From positions 12,051,815-12,093,108 of the forward strand of contig MU054323.1 of the NCBI GenBank assembly GCA_013239625.1: a stretch of DNA of 41,294 bases, given 5' to 3'. The stretch is from Lama guanicoe (taxonomy: Eukaryota). The notes under the pieces were generated by a model. It had not been told where the DNA came from. It searched no databases and saw nothing but the letters and a program-made list of their open reading frames with translations. The position numbers and the translations under genes are program-made. Shown piece by piece: positions 1 through 11,930 of the stretch (position 1 is the stretch's first letter; each line of letters begins with the position of its first letter).

Positions 1-964
1 AGGTGGGGCATAAACCACCATTTCCCCATGTATTTAAAAAAAAAAAAAACTAAGACCCAAGACGTGGCATGAGTCCTGCAAGGTAACAGTCACTCCTGTT
101 ACCCTGAGTGTTAGGGCCCAAACACAGTCATCTGACTCCAGACATGGGGCCTCCACCTTCACCACACTGCCGCCTCTTTTAAAACACAGCTGAAGAGGGC
201 CTACTAGATCCTGAGTGATTTTTTTTTTCACTAGTCAGGACATACAAGATCAGCAGTTCAGACCACTCTAGGGGCACACTGGAACAAATGGAAGGTGCTC
301 AGAGCAGTCTGGAGGTCGCCTGCTGGCCAGGGGATCTTTCTGGAAGCCAGGGCAGAAGTTGAGCCCAGGGTCTTCTCTTTTGCCCAGAACTCCCACAGAT
401 GAACCCTCAGCATGGGCAGCAACGAGCCATGAGGCCTTCAGAGATATACGCCAACTTTCAGGTTTGGATTTCATTTGAGATTTGTCCCTCAAACCAGCCA
501 ACCACTACGGTCAAGAATTTATGAGGCTTTCCAGCCTTCAAAACTTTGTTAGAAAAATGAAATAGATATTAACAATCCCTGAGAATGAGCCTCTCTTCCC
601 AGACAGCCCAGGTAGATGGGCTGGAAATGGAGTTCCATGCAGTCCCCTGACCCCACTGAGCAATTCCACCTCTACAAAAACGCCATCAGGTCTGTGTTCT
701 GTGAACCTCCAGACCTGCCCCCTCCAGGTCAAAAATCCAGGACAAAGTACATGACAGCCAGCCTCTCTCTGACAGGAGGCGAAAGAACCAGAGGGAAGGT
801 CATGGAGTCCAGGCTTGTCTCCGTGGGTGTTGTTTGTTGTTCCCAAATACATCACCAGAAGGAGTCACCAGACACTCCGCTTCTGGGAGAGATGAGGGCT
901 TGCTGACAGAGGTCAAGAGGAGCATTGGTCCACAACAGGCCCCCAGAGAGTTGCCAGTATGGGA

Positions 965-1110
965 GGGAAGTTAAGAGTGTGGCTCTGGGCTTCAGTCCAG
1001 GTCTGCCAGCATGTGCCCAGAATACACGTGGGAGAGGAGTGTCTCGTAGCACGTCCAGCCTCACTTCCTCCTCCATCCAAGGGAATGGCTGTGGGATAGT
1101 GAGGTAACCT
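965..1110 (+). mobile_element. MIR SINE fragment (very degraded)
   Basis: GTTAAGAGTGTGGCTCTGG resembles the MIR 5' part (GTTAAGAGCACGGACTCTGG); a weak CCTCACTTCCTC core follows. Confidence 0.4.
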
Positions 1111-1619
1111 ACGCACATCATGTTGAAATTCACCTCTATGTGGTCAGTTGCCATCAAAAGCTCCTATCTTTGCTGTTTTTTTTTTCTGGGGCCTCAGAAT
1201 ACTTTCTTACTTTGGAAAAACCAAAGGTATGGGGGTCTTATAGAAGCTCCACCCCAACACCGGGAGCAGAGCAGTACCCCAACCCGCTTGGGAGTCCCTC
1301 AGCCCAGGCTTCCCAGTGCCCGCCACTCCCACAGTGCAGGGAGCCTCTACACAGTTCCCACCTGAGGCACCCCTTTCCCAAGAAACACCCCATCCCTGGA
1401 CTTCCCCTCCAACTTGGCAGAGTTGGAAACGCTCCCTGGGAAGTCCATGTATGTGTTCACAGAGGTCTGCAGAGGCAGGGCCCACTCCTCCTGTGGGGAG
1501 GGATGACCATGAAGCTGGCCAGGGCTGATGAGGGCCTTACAGAGCCGTTTGTTCTACAGGCCCAGGACTAAACCTGAGTCTTAAATGCAAGAGACCTTGA
1601 AGAGTATCAAGAACAATAT

Positions 1620-1710
1620 TCTTACTGGATAGCTGAGAATTTCAGAGTCCAAATAACTTCCCAAGTCACATAGCTGCCAAGTGACAGAGCTGCAATGAAA
1701 ACGCAAGTGA
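1620..1710 (-). mobile_element. MIR SINE core fragment
   Basis: AATAACTTCCCAAGTCACATAGCTGCCAAGTGACAGAGCTG matches the reverse MIR core AAGTAACTTGCCCAAGGTCACACAGCTAGTAAGTGGCAGAGCTG. Confidence 0.65.
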
Positions 1711-3249
1711 CCAAGTGACCAGGGCCCTGGCCCAGGGCTCTTTCCTCAGCACTTCACGGCCCCCAGACCAGTCACTAGCAAATGGCATAAGGCCCAGAGA
1801 ATGACCCTCCAGTGCCCCCTCGGCTTCACCCCCACTCCAAAGTCAGGATACACTTTCTTCTCAGGTAGGCCAAAAGGGTTGTTTCTGGATCTGCATTTTT
1901 CTCCACCACCTATAAAAACAAAAACAAGTGAAAACTATATCATAGGTATATTCAGCCATTGTCTCATCCAAGAATTTGTCAAGTTAATGGGGACGTGCTA
2001 AACATATCCTGAAAATGAAGGTATTTTTCTTGATAATTCTGTAAGATGAACACAGGAACTGCAAGCCAAACTGTGTACATGCTGACACTCTGTGATCCTA
2101 AATTTCGCATCAGTGCTCAGCTCCAGGCCCACCACAGAACCCAGAGGTGTTGCACCTGCCCTGCTGGGCTGACCAAGGCAAAGTCCCTTTCAAATGGAGC
2201 ATGTCCTCTCATTTCCAGCTGCCAGATCACATCTGTGACCACCGGGGACAGCTGAGCACTGCAGCAAGCAGACCTCTGGCTGAGCCTCCTGGTGTGTTCA
2301 CTCTCAGGCAGTAGACAGCAGTCTGTCGGCCTGTACTCATAGCGGAGTGTTGTATGCGTTGGGTTATCACACTCAGCAAGATTAACACAGGTTAGAAATG
2401 GAGGCAAAATCTCAAACCAAAGTCCCGAACAGAATATTCAATAAGATGGAAAGGTGGTCTAAAGGTGCAGGGCCAGTTCCTGATGGAAATCATCAAACGA
2501 AATCTATGAAAATCTGTTTCGCTTCTCCTTGTGCATCATCAAGGGTAAAAGAGTTTGGGTGATTGGGGTGGTCAAGGGGAGAGAAGGTGTGATAAGAGTT
2601 GGGAAGAGCAAAGGATGTGAAAATGTCAGTCATGGACATGCAGAGGCCATGCATGAGAGAGACAGCTTGCTTGAGGTGTCTAAATAACTCCCAAAAGACT
2701 GACTACAGGAGGTGATGGGACCTCCATCAGAGTCTGTGTGAAGGCTGAGGGCTCAGGAAGAGCAGCCAGACTGAGGAAAACACATCTCTTATGTCGTGAG
2801 ACTTGCAATGGAAGGATCCCAGTGGTGGGAAGCCATCTTACACCAGCATCCATTAAATAAGAACTTTCTCACTACCCATTCCTCTCTGTCCCAAATTCAG
2901 ACTGTGTTTGGAAACTTATAATTGCCTATAGAATTTTTTTATTGACTACGAGTAACCCAGGAGGTCATGAAACTACCAGAATTTACCCCTTGGAAGATAA
3001 AATTAATCTTCTTTTATGATTACACCTCACATGTCCAGCTTGTTCAAAGTCCTGATTACAAATTTCACACAAAGAGTCATTATAAATGCACAAAATAAAG
3101 ATCCTTATTACTTTCCTCCCAGGTGGCAGGAAGAGCCTTTTTGCACACTACCTTCCCCTGAAGTTGTTCCTTCCTCCTGTCCTGCTGCTGTCCTTTATCA
3201 CATCACATCAGTTCCCTGCCCGGTGCCTTCAGTGACCTCCCACATACTC

Positions 3250-3490
3250 AAGGTAGCACCCAAGTTCTTTAGATTTTCTTTCAAGGCCCTTCAACGTGTC
3301 CCCAATCTTCATTTTCAGCCTTTCCCCCTCCAACTTCCTTACCAAGCTGGTCTTCGTATTTCAGTGAAAATATAACGTTTACCTTCTGATCCTAAGCCTT
3401 TGGCCACTCCATTCGTCTTCCACCTTCATCTTGACTTATCAGAAGACCCCAAACACTTCCCTAGTAAGGGCTTTCCATACCACCCCAGCC
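3250..3490 (+). mobile_element. L2 LINE 3' fragment
   Basis: TTCAAGGCCCTTCA...CCAATCTTCATTTTCAGCC and a pyrimidine-rich stretch typical of the L2 3' region. Confidence 0.45.
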
Positions 3491-3555
3491 ACAAGTGGTC
3501 CGACCTTCTTTGAATTCCTACAGAGAATGTCCACGTAACTCTCATGGCATGTCTG

Positions 3556-3680
3556 TAGCATTTGCCCCAGCAAACTCTGCTGAACCCTCTCCCAGCAGGA
3601 TGCTCAAAGGAAATGGGTATTCCAAAGGAAAAGCACTGTGGGGAAGTGAGCTCAGGAAATTTGGGGTTAAGCAGATTGCT
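3556..3680 (+). mobile_element. Possible MER103C-like hAT-Charlie MITE, left half (right half ~4766-4830)
   Basis: ...GGAAATTTGGGGTTAAGCAGA before the L1 and TTCCTTCAGTGGAGGATTTCTCAAGGTTTTAA after it are colinear with the better MER103C-like copy at 29133-29387. Heavily diverged. Confidence 0.35.
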
Positions 3681-3700
3681 CTGGTAAAACTCAAGCATCA

Positions 3701-4766
3701 AAACATAATAACCATAATGGATTACAGCCCATTAAATAGAAATAAAACACATGAGTCTGAACTGATCATTAATAAATAAACAAGAAAATAAGTAGGAGAG
3801 AAGGGAAAGTTCTTCCTGACAGAGAAATGCCAATTTGTCCACATGGTTGGCCATTGTGTAATCAGCACAATCATAGATCTAGTCAGGAATCATCAATGGG
3901 AGCTAAAACTAGTGGGTGAAAGCTTGGTAATAAAAGTATGTACATAGTCTCAAAGTATCTTCTCACAGATTACTCATTAATTATAATGGGAAAAAGAGTA
4001 ATCTTCCAGTGGAGAAACCTGGTGGACACCACCTTAACCAAGTGATCAAAGTTCACAACACAAATAAAGGGGGACGTTTATAACATGTGCCTCCTGATAT
4101 AACCTACTGAGAAAGACATATCATTTCTCTGGTATCCTGCCCAAAATGCACACTCTGAATCTAATTATAAGAAACTGTGACACCAATTCAAAAGGAGGGA
4201 CATTGTAAAAAAAAGGCTTGTCCTCATTATAAACATCAATGTCACAAAAGACAAAGGAAAGCTAAGGAGTTGTTCCAGATGAAAGGAGACTAAAGAGACA
4301 TGACAGCTAAGTATGAAGCATGATCCTGGATCCTGGATTGGTGGGAAGAAAGTCATTACTTATTGGACCTTACTTATTGGAATAATCTTGCATAAAGCCT
4401 ATACATTAGATACTAGGGTTATATTAACACTCGATTTCCTGATTTTTATAAATGGTTTGCAGTTCTGTAAAAATGCCTTTATTTTTAGTTTAAAGGTTAA
4501 AGGAGCATAATGTCTGAAATTTATCCTTAATGATTCAGAAAGAAAATTTTATAGTTTATGAACTTATTCTGATTAATTATATGCACTAAATAAATATATA
4601 AAATTATTTTGTACTTATAGATCAACGCATACAGAGAGAAAGAGATAAAGAAAATGTGACAAAATGTTAGGTGTTAAATGTGGGTAAAGGCTTTTTAACA
4701 TTTATTTGTATTCTTCTTGTAACTGCTTTGTAAATTTAAAATAAAACACAAAGTTTAAAAAATAAA
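3701..4766 (+). mobile_element. Old L1 3' UTR (L1MC/L1MD/L1ME-type)
   Basis: Diagnostic GTGGAGAAACCTGGTGGACACCACCTTAACCAAGTGATCAAAGTT and AAAGGAGACTAAAGAGACATGACAGCTAA...TGATCCTGGATCCTGGA; ends in an A-rich tail near 4740-4765. Confidence 0.85.
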
Positions 4767-7700
4767 TTCCTTCAGTGGAGGATTTCTCAAGGTTTTAACA
4801 TTCCCCCATTCATTCTGTCCACATTAATTGGGCACCTACTATGTGCCCACACTGTACAAAGTGGTCTAAGAATATCTAAGAAGGAAATCTCATGGGGATG
4901 GTTGTCTCTGAAATACATTTTGGAATACGGTACTTCATCTAATCATAATCCACCTCTACAACTAGTTCCCAAGTTCCCAGGTGGTAAGTGCCTGTCTTAG
5001 AGGTGTTATTCCTCCAGTGCAGATGTGTCCCCAAGGCCCAGGCCTAGGAGGAGCCTGTAAATGTTGACGACGTGGGTGGACGGGCGAGTGAGTGTTGACT
5101 CACTTGCTGACTGCTGCTTCTTGTGGGGGTCACTCCTGGACACCTTCAGTTGCTCCCTACATGCTGAATCTTCCCAGATTCCTCCAGGTGCCATCATCTC
5201 CACTAACCAGAGAGTGACTGCTTGGAAAAACAAGAATCTGCCCTGCAAAAGGATGGTCACTACAGTGAAACCAAAATCCTGGGCAGCTCTCTCCCTTTGA
5301 CTCTGACTATAGATCAGAAGATGTGGAAATGACAGTCAGCAAGGCCCACCACCACCACAGAAGGCCCTCGAGGCATTTGATCATTTGCATCTCACACCCT
5401 CTCCAGGACCACAATGAGTAAAGACAGTCCTGGGCAGTGGTCTGAAACAGGGAGAGTAGGAAGCTTGTATTTAAGAGCGAGTCACCAGGTTCCAACAACT
5501 CCTTTGGTAAAGTCCTTGCCAATACCAGGTAACAAAAGATCTAGAACTTTTGGGGACAGAATTGGGAACAAATTTACAGCTGCCTCGATTTGACTGGGAA
5601 TTCCTTTGCTTGGTCTAGCTTTTATAACGCTGCTTTCACCTCATCACTCCTTCATTGCCTCTCCACCTTTCCAGCAGATTCTCAAGAGGCCAAATGTTTA
5701 TAAAATTAAAAGCATGGATATTCATCACTGAAACTGGTAGTAGCAGAAGCTTCAAGAGATAGTCGGGTTTGATGTGATGATACCATTGACAATTTTTAAA
5801 CTGCTCTCCTAATGTGAAGATAAAATACATGGGGAAACAATTTTTACCAAACTAGATTTATGTTGAAATGCTCCTTACTAGATCGAGTGCATCATAGCAA
5901 ACCATCCCTAAAAAGGAGCAGAAACTTGTCCTGTGACACATGAGTTGATGTCTTGATAAATATGAAAACTTAGAGTGAGACTTTGCCTTGGAAGTCATTG
6001 AATCCAGCTGTTCACCCAATGTAAAAATTGCTTAGAAAGATGCCAAAGAAGATGCCTCTGTGTAAGTAATGTGTCAAGAAAGCCAATTCAACAACTTTTG
6101 CAAATCTCTACAGTGTAGTTGCTGAATGTAACAAAGTTGTCAGAATTCTTGGCTGCAAAAGTCTTACAACCACCAACATGGAAGCTTTGCCCTACCTCTT
6201 GGTTTGCTGCCAGAGGCCAATCCTGAAAGGAAGTTGGCACAGAGGGACAACTCGGAACCTGGAAGAGCATGGCAGACCCCATTCCCCGGTCCCACCCAGT
6301 GCTACCACTCAAACTGAATCCAGCAGACCTGGGCACACTGATGTTGCGATGGTTCATAGAATTCCCCTGCTAGTCCCCCAAACACACCCTAACAATTTAA
6401 GCTCTAGACGTCCTATGAAGCACATTTTATTTCTTAAAAATTGCCTCCAAAGTTGTCCAGTTTCTTAACGCAAAAGTGCCAACATAGCAAAACAAATAAA
6501 ATTGCTCTTTGACCACTGGGTACAACCATTACTCACACTGTCCACATGGCCTTTCACAATGTGTAGCCACGATTGCCCTTTTACTGCCCCTTTCTTTCCC
6601 AACCAGAGAGCTAAAGTAGGTGCAAGCAGCTCAGCACTGGTGTGGGGAGGGTAAGTGGACAGTGGAGACAATGTGATGTACTTGCACACTCTCTCCTTGG
6701 ATCTGCATTAAAATCTGCAAAGATTCTCATCCTTCCAGTGCTGCAAGAACTGGTACCCATATCATAAGACCCACTCTGCCCCACCTCACCCCCACCTCCT
6801 CTGGGTCCCTCCAAGTGGGCAATTTTTATCAAAGAGATTCATAATATTTGTATGTATAACTAAGTGTCAGGATGGGGGGAGCATGCCCCTTATGAAACAA
6901 AAATTATAGTTTGCCACAAGATGTCAGTATATGTCCTCATACAAGTTAGCTGTTACATTTTTGGAGATGAAATATGAGAATCAAACCTATGTACATCTTA
7001 TACCCTGAGATTAGCAAGAAAACATGTTCCTGTTCATTTTTTCAGTAAAGAGAGCAACAAAAATCTTCGGGTATATTTGATTAAACACAGAAATAGAGGT
7101 GTGGTGGGTGACCTTCAAGTATCACTAGAACCCCGTCCACCTTTCTCTTCTTCATGCCAGTGTCTCTACTACTGCAAAAAGTCGGCAGGGAGCATGGGTG
7201 GAGCTCACAGACACCTTTCTGCTCATTTCCCTCCCCATCACTCCTTTGCCCCTTGAGTATCTTGACAGCGTTCTAGTTCTGAGAAGGTCTTCTTTCCCCA
7301 ACGTTACCCCAAATGCAGCAACAGCTTTGAAGGAAGAGAAAGAAAGAGAGAAGGTGAACAAATGATAGAGAACACAAAAGAGAAAGAACAAAAATGAGCC
7401 ATTTCAAGAGGATACATACCCCTCCTAGGGAGCAGGGGGACCAAAGGAGAGGTCAGTTTCTGCTTACCTTTTTGCCATTCACAAAGAAAACCAACTCATC
7501 TGCTGTCATTGTCAGGGGTTGGGGGTCTCTGAACTCCAGGTACCTTACACCCAAAAGACACTGCCAGTTATCACTGCTCTGCAACCTGAAAAACACTCCT
7601 CCCCACAAAATGAAATGAAGTCAGCCAATGGGAGGGACACAGCTTAGAGCTTCAGGGCACGGAGAGTTCTTGGCAAAAGCCACCGGTTTACATAATCAAG

Positions 7701-7890
7701 GAAAATGCAAACAATTATACATAGCACATCACATCCCTAACACCTTGTCAAAAAGCACAGAGGAAGACACAGACAGGTATCACCAAGGTGGGGGACAGGG
7801 TGCCTTGGTGCCAGATGACCATGGGTCTTAGGCTGTATCCTCGTGGAAACTACAACATCCCCTTGGTTAAGACAGAGAAGGGGGCAGGGC

Positions 7891-7926
7891 CATGGTCATA
7901 GTCATAGTCATAGCCATAGCTATAGA
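7891..7926 (+). repeat. Degenerate hexanucleotide tandem repeat (CATAGT/CATAGC, about 6 units)
   Basis: catggt catagt catagt catagc catagc tataga. Confidence 0.85.
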
Positions 7927-8079
7927 GATGATTCACAGCCTCTGCATCTACACTTTCATTTTACCGTTTAGGTTTACAGCAACCCAGACTCAGCACGCAC
8001 ATGCAGGGCTCATTCTCTCACAGCCTGGAGAAGGATGGAGTCACAAAGTGCAGAGCCCAGTGATTCGCATGCAAAATCT

Positions 8080-8220
8080 GGCATTTGACCTCTGCAGATC
8101 ACTTACCACTTTCAGAACTCACTTATTTTCATCCTGTAAATAGGTAAATGAATGACACCAAGAGCAAAAGGCCAAGGGATGAATGATGTATTTTGGAAGT
8201 GCTTTGTAAATTTGTAAACA
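8080..8220 (+). mobile_element. MIR (MIRc/MIR3-like) fragment
   Basis: TGACCTCTGCAGATCACTTACCACTTTCAGAACTCACTTATTTTCATCCTGTAAA core, ending AAGTGCTTTGTAAATTTGTAAA. Confidence 0.6.
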
Positions 8221-8554
8221 ACCCAAATTTTTATTACTATTGCAAATGTATTCTCAACAGCACAACAAAAATAATTCCGATAATGAACCACTTTTGAGAA
8301 CTTCTTTTTATTTGTTTCTCTCATGGAAATGCCCTTGATTAAATTGTCAGCATAACTCATAAAAATATTTCAAATACTGTACCAAATAAAATGTGCATAT
8401 CTCATAGGCATAGGTCAAATTAACAGAGCTGAAAACCTTCACCCATCCAGTAACCATTAACTCCGAGTATAAACACACATGCATATCACCCATCCGGGCA
8501 GCACCAATGGGCTCTCTAAAGTCCAGCACCCAACTGCCCCTCACCCCCCCCACA

Positions 8555-8555
<1 letters not shown>

Positions 8556-8598
<43 letters not shown>
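8556..8598 (+). repeat. (CA)n microsatellite, about 21 units
   Basis: Uninterrupted CA run. Confidence 0.98.
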
Positions 8599-8599
<1 letters not shown>

Positions 8600-8790
8600 A
8601 GCATTCCCTCTGGTCTTCTACTCAGCTAGCCTTTCAAAGGCTCAAGGGGGACAAAAGCAGTAATGGGAAGATGTGCTTGGTATAGAAATAACTTAGAGAA
8701 ACTGAAGACAGCCAGGATAACATCCATGTTATCAGCACAGTACCCCTCTCCACAACAGCCTTTATTTAGTCAGGAGATGAAATTCCACTT

Positions 8791-8896
8791 GAAGGGGGAC
8801 TAATCATCCCAGTTTGTCCCCAGCTGTCTTGGTTTTAGCACTAAATCCCTGGCAAATTCCTCAGTCCAGGGAAAATTAAGATAATTGGTCAACATA
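8791..8896 (+). mobile_element. MER81-like hAT-Blackjack MITE
   Basis: CATCCCAGTTTGTCCCCAGCTGTCTTGGTTTTAGCACTAAA...CCTCAGTCCAGGGAAAA...TTGGTCAACATA matches the remembered MER81 consensus with TIR TAGGGTGACCAA...TTGGTCACCCTA. Confidence 0.7.
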
Positions 8897-8899
8897 GAA

Positions 8900-8983
8900 C
8901 AGTGGTTCTTAACTGGGGAGTCGGGATGCCCACCCCGGGAGTCTCCTGGCAATGTCTGGCGTTTTGTTCTGGTGATATGTTTT
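8900..8983 (+). mobile_element. MER20 (hAT-Charlie), left part, interrupted by the ERV
   Basis: CAGTGGTTCTTAACTGGGG...TGGCAATGTCTGG matches the MER20 5' end CAGTGGTTCTCAACCGGGG...TGGCAATGTCTGG. Confidence 0.85.
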
Positions 8984-9499
8984 GGTGACAGAAGTCATCA
9001 ATAATCAATCTATAAAAATAATAGTAATAGAAGAGTTTTATTTGAGCCAAACTGAGGACTCTAATCTGGGAGACAGTCTCTCAGATAACTGAAAAACTGT
9101 TCAGAGAAACATGGTTTTCTAGAACTGTTTTATACTTTGTCAGAAAAAAGAACATCTAACATGACAGGAATACATTTCTTCACGGTTTCAAAAAAATAAA
9201 TAAATAAAAGACAGATCAGCACATACACAGTAGGTCCACATAGCCCTGGCACCTGGAGAAAGGAGACGTATCATCAAAGGAGTACTAGACCAGTGTCCCC
9301 GGAAGGGAAACACTTTATCTTTAAAATGGACATTTTTACTTCTGGTCAGTGGGCCCTTTTCTTTATCAGTTAAAGCAGAAGTACAGTGTATGTTTAATAG
9401 GCCACAACACAGGCTGCTCTGGTTAGCATAAAGTTAAGGTCATGTATAAGTCAGAATGACTTCCCTATATACCTTGATATGTGAAAATTTCTTCCATCA
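8984..9499 (-). repeat. 3' LTR of the ERV
   Basis: Colinear with 14874-15390. Starts TGATGGAAGAAATTTTCAC on the minus strand right after the PPT. TATAAAA at 9128-9134 and AATAAA at 9037-9042 (minus). Confidence 0.95.
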
Positions 9500-9511
9500 T
9501 TTCCTTCTTTT
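9500..9511 (-). promoter_or_regulatory. Polypurine tract (plus-strand primer) of the ERV
   Basis: Minus strand AAAAGAAGGAAA directly abuts the TG of the 3' LTR. Confidence 0.85.
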
Positions 9512-9689
9512 GATTGAAACAAAATCTCTCAAAAGAAAACACTGATGATCAAAATATTTGTCCCTTGATGCAAGAATGCTTGCTGCCTGCCCAATATGTT
9601 TCTCAGGACTAGGACTTCCTCTCTTCTTTTTTATAGGAAAAGGAGTGACGTGGTCCTAGGGAAAGTTGTGTCTGGTCTCTAAAGACTGA

Positions 9690-9984
9690 GGACTGTATCA
9701 GACAAGGGATGTACACATTAATATGTTGAAGAATTTGAACCTGAAATGTTAGGCCAGAGAGAGGTCAGTCTAGATGAGTGGTAATGTTAGGAGCATCTGA
9801 CAAGTCAGTGGAGGGTATTATGAGGGGCCTTTGTCAGTCTTGTATTGACCAAGGAATTTGATGACAGATTCAACAATCTGTTATATCTCCCCCAGTAGCT
9901 ATACTCTGTGACTTTACTAGAGAATGTTCTTTCCATCCTGAACACTGAGACAAAAGTATAGTCAGAAATAAGACAATTTTCTAT
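9690..9984 (-). pseudogene. env: env SU N-terminal remnant (signal peptide + CWIC motif), no TM
   Basis: Manual translation gives KIVLFLTILLSQCSGWKEHSLVKSQSIATGGDITDC*ICHQIPW... C*IC (9864-9875, TGG>TGA) corresponds to the gamma-type SU CWLC/CXXC motif. Several stops. Confidence 0.75.
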
Positions 9985-10149
9985 TTGATAGGGAGACAAA
10001 CATTTGGTAAACAGTTCAATAGAACTGGTAGGATGAGTCTCTGGATACTTGGGTCAGCTGTCTACCACTGTCGTCATCTTATCCTGGCTTCGGTGGTGCT
10101 TGCCTTAGTCAGTAGAAGCCAGGTGCCAGAAATAGGTGTCAAGGTCTAC

Positions 10150-10325
10150 TCAGGTGGAGGGGCCTTTTCTAAATGACAGATGTGAATCCATAGGTCTATG
10201 CCTTTTAATTTGATAGCACATGGATTAGTAAATAATACCTGATAAGGTCCTGTCCAACATGACTGCAAAGAACATTTTGTTTGGTTTATTTCCAATGTGC
10301 ACCATCTCCTGGTTTCAGGTCATGG
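10150..10325 (-). pseudogene. pol: Integrase C-terminal domain remnant
   Basis: Manual translation gives HDLKPGD...(frameshift) WTGPYQVLFTNPCAIKLKGIDLWIHICHLEKAP, the GPY..WIH..H motif of gamma-like integrase. Confidence 0.88.
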
Positions 10326-11369
10326 GGCATCTGATCTTTGTTCAAAGATAGTTTAATGAGGTAAGCTTCAGAACCAAGCTTAGAATGTCCTTTTAATAAT
10401 TCAATTAAACTTTATAATAATGCTACACAGAAAAAAGGAGCCATCTGGGAAGTGAGTCTCAGGCAGTAAATACCAAACCTCACAGATAATTAACTACATG
10501 AGAACTTAATATCCATGAAGGTATATAAATGAAACATAATTTTTTCTCTCTAAAATTATCATCATTTCTACAAAATACAGCCAAATTAAGACTAATTTGT
10601 TTGCAAAATATGTCTGATTTCAACACAGTTACCCTATTATTATTTGATTATTTGATCTTACAGGCTCTTTTACGTTTGACTTTGTTGGAACTTTTCATAA
10701 GGAATCCCAAATTGAACTTACAAAAGGCTTCTCCAGGCCAGGAAAGCCATGTCAAAGACTTGCCATCAGATTCTGCCTGCAATACCTATAGGTTTGGGAA
10801 GGTTTCTCTCTTCTCAAGGTCAAAAATATCTTGAGGTTCCTGCAAGTGCCAGAAAGTAGCCTTCCTTATTAATCTGGTAAGATTGCTGGGAACCCTGTAA
10901 GCAAGGTACCAGGAGTTTTATAGTTCCATAAAGTCTACCCTAGTTTCTTAAAACTATCTAGTCATATTTCATCTTATGTATAGTCCTGAATATGACACTT
11001 CAGTCAAAGCCATGGTAATATAGTCAATGTTTCCAATTGTGTCTTGTTATAAGGAGAACAAATTCTTACTGAACTTATGCAAATAACTATATTGCCATGA
11101 AAATAAGAGTATTCACTAAGAGTTTCCAAATTCTGGTGGGATCTGGTAGGGAGAAAAGATAAAGATTGAATTCTGAATACAAAGGTGTAATTTACCAAAT
11201 TGGTATAAGTCATAATTAGCTTAAGAGAAAGGTCTCCTTATATCTGAAAAATAAAGATGAAAAGTCAGTAATATTTCAGACAAAAATATCACTAAAATTA
11301 TCATTATATTTATCAGTTCATTCAATCCTATGTAACTAATTCTTGGTCTGCTTGAGCCCAGTTTTTCCT

Positions 11370-11930
11370 TTAGTTCTGTCCACCTTGCCTGATGATTGAG
11401 GGTGATAGTGTCAGTGACAAGTTGAAGATGTTTGCAAGGCTTTTGTTAAGGCTCATATGTTTTGCCCAGAAATTGGGTGCACTGATCACTGGAGATTGTA
11501 GACAGTATACCTCAAATAAAAAACGTATTTTATAGCAGTTTCTTTGTCATTGTGAGGGCATCAGCCTTGCAGTAAGGGAAGGCTTTAACCCATCAAATGA
11601 AAACTGGGGCTTGCCAGGGATCCAGGAAGAGCCAAGTGGTCATCTTGGGTTTCCCAAGGCCCAACTTTGTAATTCACAGCTATTCCTTACTCATCCTAAT
11701 TTCTCTGATCTGGGATCAGACTGTTGCCATGTTTCAAGGACATCAAGACGGCAAAAGTCTGACAATGGGGAATTAATTTTTTCTGCAGAAGAAGACTGGA
11801 CTTAATTTACACATGCCATAATCTTTACAGATTCTGTTGTTGCTGCCTTTTCATAAAAGTCAGCTAGGGCATTTCCCTGATACTTGGGTTCAGTCCCTTT
11901 AGTCTAAGTCTCAATTTTGATGACAGATAC
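11370..11930 (-). pseudogene. pol: RNase H C-terminus and integrase catalytic-core remnant
   Basis: VSVIKIET*TKGTEPKYQGNALADFYEKAA (11930-11841), then WVKAFPYCKADALTMTKKLL*...ISSDQCTQFLG...YHPQSSGKVDRT (11592-11370). Stops and frameshifts; HHCC region absent. Confidence 0.9.

Noticed and set aside
34..3375. Cluster of 60-143 aa ORFs (e.g. 1140-1571, 3016-3375)
   Set aside because: They overlap on both strands, show no recognisable domain or exon structure, and have lengths expected by chance at this GC content.
8245..8535. Possible DNA-transposon fragment
   Set aside because: Vague resemblance only; no TIR, TSD or family could be assigned.
8347..8685. ORFs with VCVCVC / THTHTH repeats
   Set aside because: Translations of the (CA)n microsatellite.
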